Source: a virus (lineage: Duplodnaviria; Caudoviricetes). Taken from it: a stretch of DNA of 64,000 nt. The notes beneath the pieces were generated by a model. That model worked only from the letters and a program-made list of their open reading frames with translations, was not told where the DNA came from and did no database searches. Positions 62,827 through 64,000 of this stretch are shown here, piece after piece. The stretch lies in IMG/VR virus record IMGVR_UViG_3300023175_000030, positions 935 to 64,934 of that record; one strand, 5' to 3'. The position numbers and the translations under genes were made by a program. Every line of letters begins with the position of its first letter. Positions within the stretch are counted from its first letter, which is position 1.

Positions 62827-64000
62827 TTAACCTTTTAATGGTTCTGTGGGTGGTGTAAAGTTTGCGGTATATCTTGCGAGTCCTTTAGTGATACGAACGT
62901 CAGACATATATCCTTGAAACAACTCTGTGTTGTCGGATCTACCGCCTATTGCAAGAGCGGTAGAATTATTATATACAGATCCACTTATAGTGGTACTATA
63001 ACTGCTTACGCCATCTTTATAAACTGTCCAAGTATTCCCGCTTCTAGTTAAAGCTAGGTGATACCAAGTGTTTGTTGAAAGCGCACCAAAACTATTACTA
63101 ACAGCCCAACTAGTTCCATTTGTAGATCCGTATAAGTAACCATTGCCATTTGAATTTCTATATAGAGCGAACGGAGAATAAATGCCGGAAGCGCCTTTGC
63201 CGACTAGGATCTGCCAAGTGCCTGGATCGCCAGTACAATAAACCCATAATTCAACAGTGAAATCAGCACTCCCCATTTCATAAAGATCATTATCAGGACT
63301 CGTTATATAATCTCCAGTTCCATCAAAATACATTGACTGTGAACCAGCAAACTTAACCTGAGTCGTTGAACCAGTAGCGTTTCCAAAGAGTTTTAGATTA
63401 CTACTTTGGGACTTATCTATAATCGAAGCGTCTGTGCCTTGGATGTGTAACACCGATCCAGTTGAAGATAGAGGAGCAGTTGGTGGAGTAAATTCGTCAG
63501 TATAGTGTTCTGTTGGTAAAACCCTAATATCAGAAATATATCCTTGATAGTAATTCCCTGGCGATCCACCGTTTGCTGCATCAAATTCTGTGCCTATAGA
63601 AAAAGTACAATTTGATAATGCGGTGCTTGGTGACCAAGTTTTAGTTTTAGAAAGCTGGCCGTTCATATATATTTTAAGAACAGTTCCATTGTAGACTACT
63701 GCAAGATGGTTCCATGCATTGTTCTGTGCCTTTATGCTATAATTTTCGTCAACTCCAACATTCCACGTGCCCGTAGTCGCAATAAAAATATTAGCGCCGG
63801 ATGCAACGGTATTAACACCAAAAACAACATCATTAATCGTTCCCCCAGTAGCTGGAGCAGCTCTTGATGGATTAACCCATGCTTCCATTGTCCACGGATC
63901 AGTAGTTGAAGTAAATCCATCAAGTGCCGTATCTGCCCGTAAATAATCGCCACTCCCATCAAAATAAACAGACCCGCCGTGATTAGTTGTTGAGTATATT
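62827..64000 (-). CDS. LamG/concanavalin-A-like repeat virion (tail fibre-associated) protein, 5' part outside window
   Basis: Frame is open to 64000 (GSVYFDGSGDYL...); repeated S.YFDG.GDY, FT.E.WV, W.HLA.., GY..D.RI..G.A.Y...FTPPT modules. Confidence 0.85.
   Translation of the reverse strand, partial: IYSTTNHGGSVYFDGSGDYLRADTALDGFTSTTDPWTMEAWVNPSRAAPATGGTINDVVFGVNTVASGANIFIATTGTWNVGVDENYSIKAQNNAWNHLAVVYNGTVLKIYMNGQLSKTKTWSPSTALSNCTFSIGTEFDAANGGSPGNYYQGYISDIRVLPTEHYTDEFTPPTAPLSSTGSVLHIQGTDASIIDKSQSSNLKLFGNATGSTTQVKFAGSQSMYFDGTGDYITSPDNDLYEMGSADFTVELWVYCTGDPGTWQILVGKGASGIYSPFALYRNSNGNGYLYGSTNGTSWAVSNSFGALSTNTWYHLALTRSGNTWTVYKDGVSSYSTTISGSVYNNSTALAIGGRSDNTELFQGYMSDVRITKGLARYTANFTPPTEPLKG

Noticed and set aside
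1-64000. Stop-codon reassignment / alternative genetic code
   Set aside because: Core genes translate full length in the standard code, TAA/TAG/TGA all act as stops, and no suppressor tRNA is seen
62827-64000. Diversity-generating retroelement target in the LamG protein
   Set aside because: No reverse transcriptase or template/variable repeat pair visible in this window
1-64000. Cyanophage assignment
   Set aside because: Gene order resembles cyanophages, but no photosynthesis genes occur here, and IscU, PsiE and ROSE-like features point to a proteobacterial host; unresolved without the rest of the genome

Overview
This is a 64-kb AT-rich segment of a T4-like myovirus with the gene order of marine cyanophage/pelagiphage-like T4 relatives; the host is probably a marine proteobacterium (inferred). 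Essentially all genes lie on the minus strand. Reading in the direction of transcription (right to left), the window holds six blocks. (1) A truncated LamG tail-associated protein, then the virion block gp13-14-15-16-17-18-19-20-67-68-21-22-23-3. (2) uvsY, uvsW, gp55, gp47, gp46, two DNA methyltransferases and a peptidase-VWA/MoxR(CobS-like) pair. (3) gp45-44-62-regA, a MazG-like NTP-PPase, hsp20 with a ROSE-like thermometer, gp43, uvsX and gp41. (4) A ~13.5-kb block behind a TATAAATA late promoter (26404->12896). (5) gp61, nrdA, a glutaredoxin-nrdB fusion, RuvC-like, DenV-like and RNase H genes. (6) Three tRNAs and an accessory region with PsiE, a glycine-zipper protein, a 2OG oxygenase and iscU plus a tiny unannotated Bfd-like peptide beside tRNA-Cys. 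The most interesting signal is block 4. Several of its ORFs begin with a T4 internal-protein capsid-targeting-like sequence (MKSFKKYLTE, MKTFNQYILE, MLGFTQYLSE, MKTYKQFQNIEE). They encode a ligase-fold protein and a HAD phosphatase, and sit with a PNK-like kinase, an HxGH nucleotidyltransferase and polyprotein-like strings of modules separated by gp21-type (L/I)-x-E sites. This suggests a virion-packaged, protease-matured, injected enzyme cargo, possibly for RNA/NAD repair against host defences. All assignments come from motif reading and synteny; no database searches were run.
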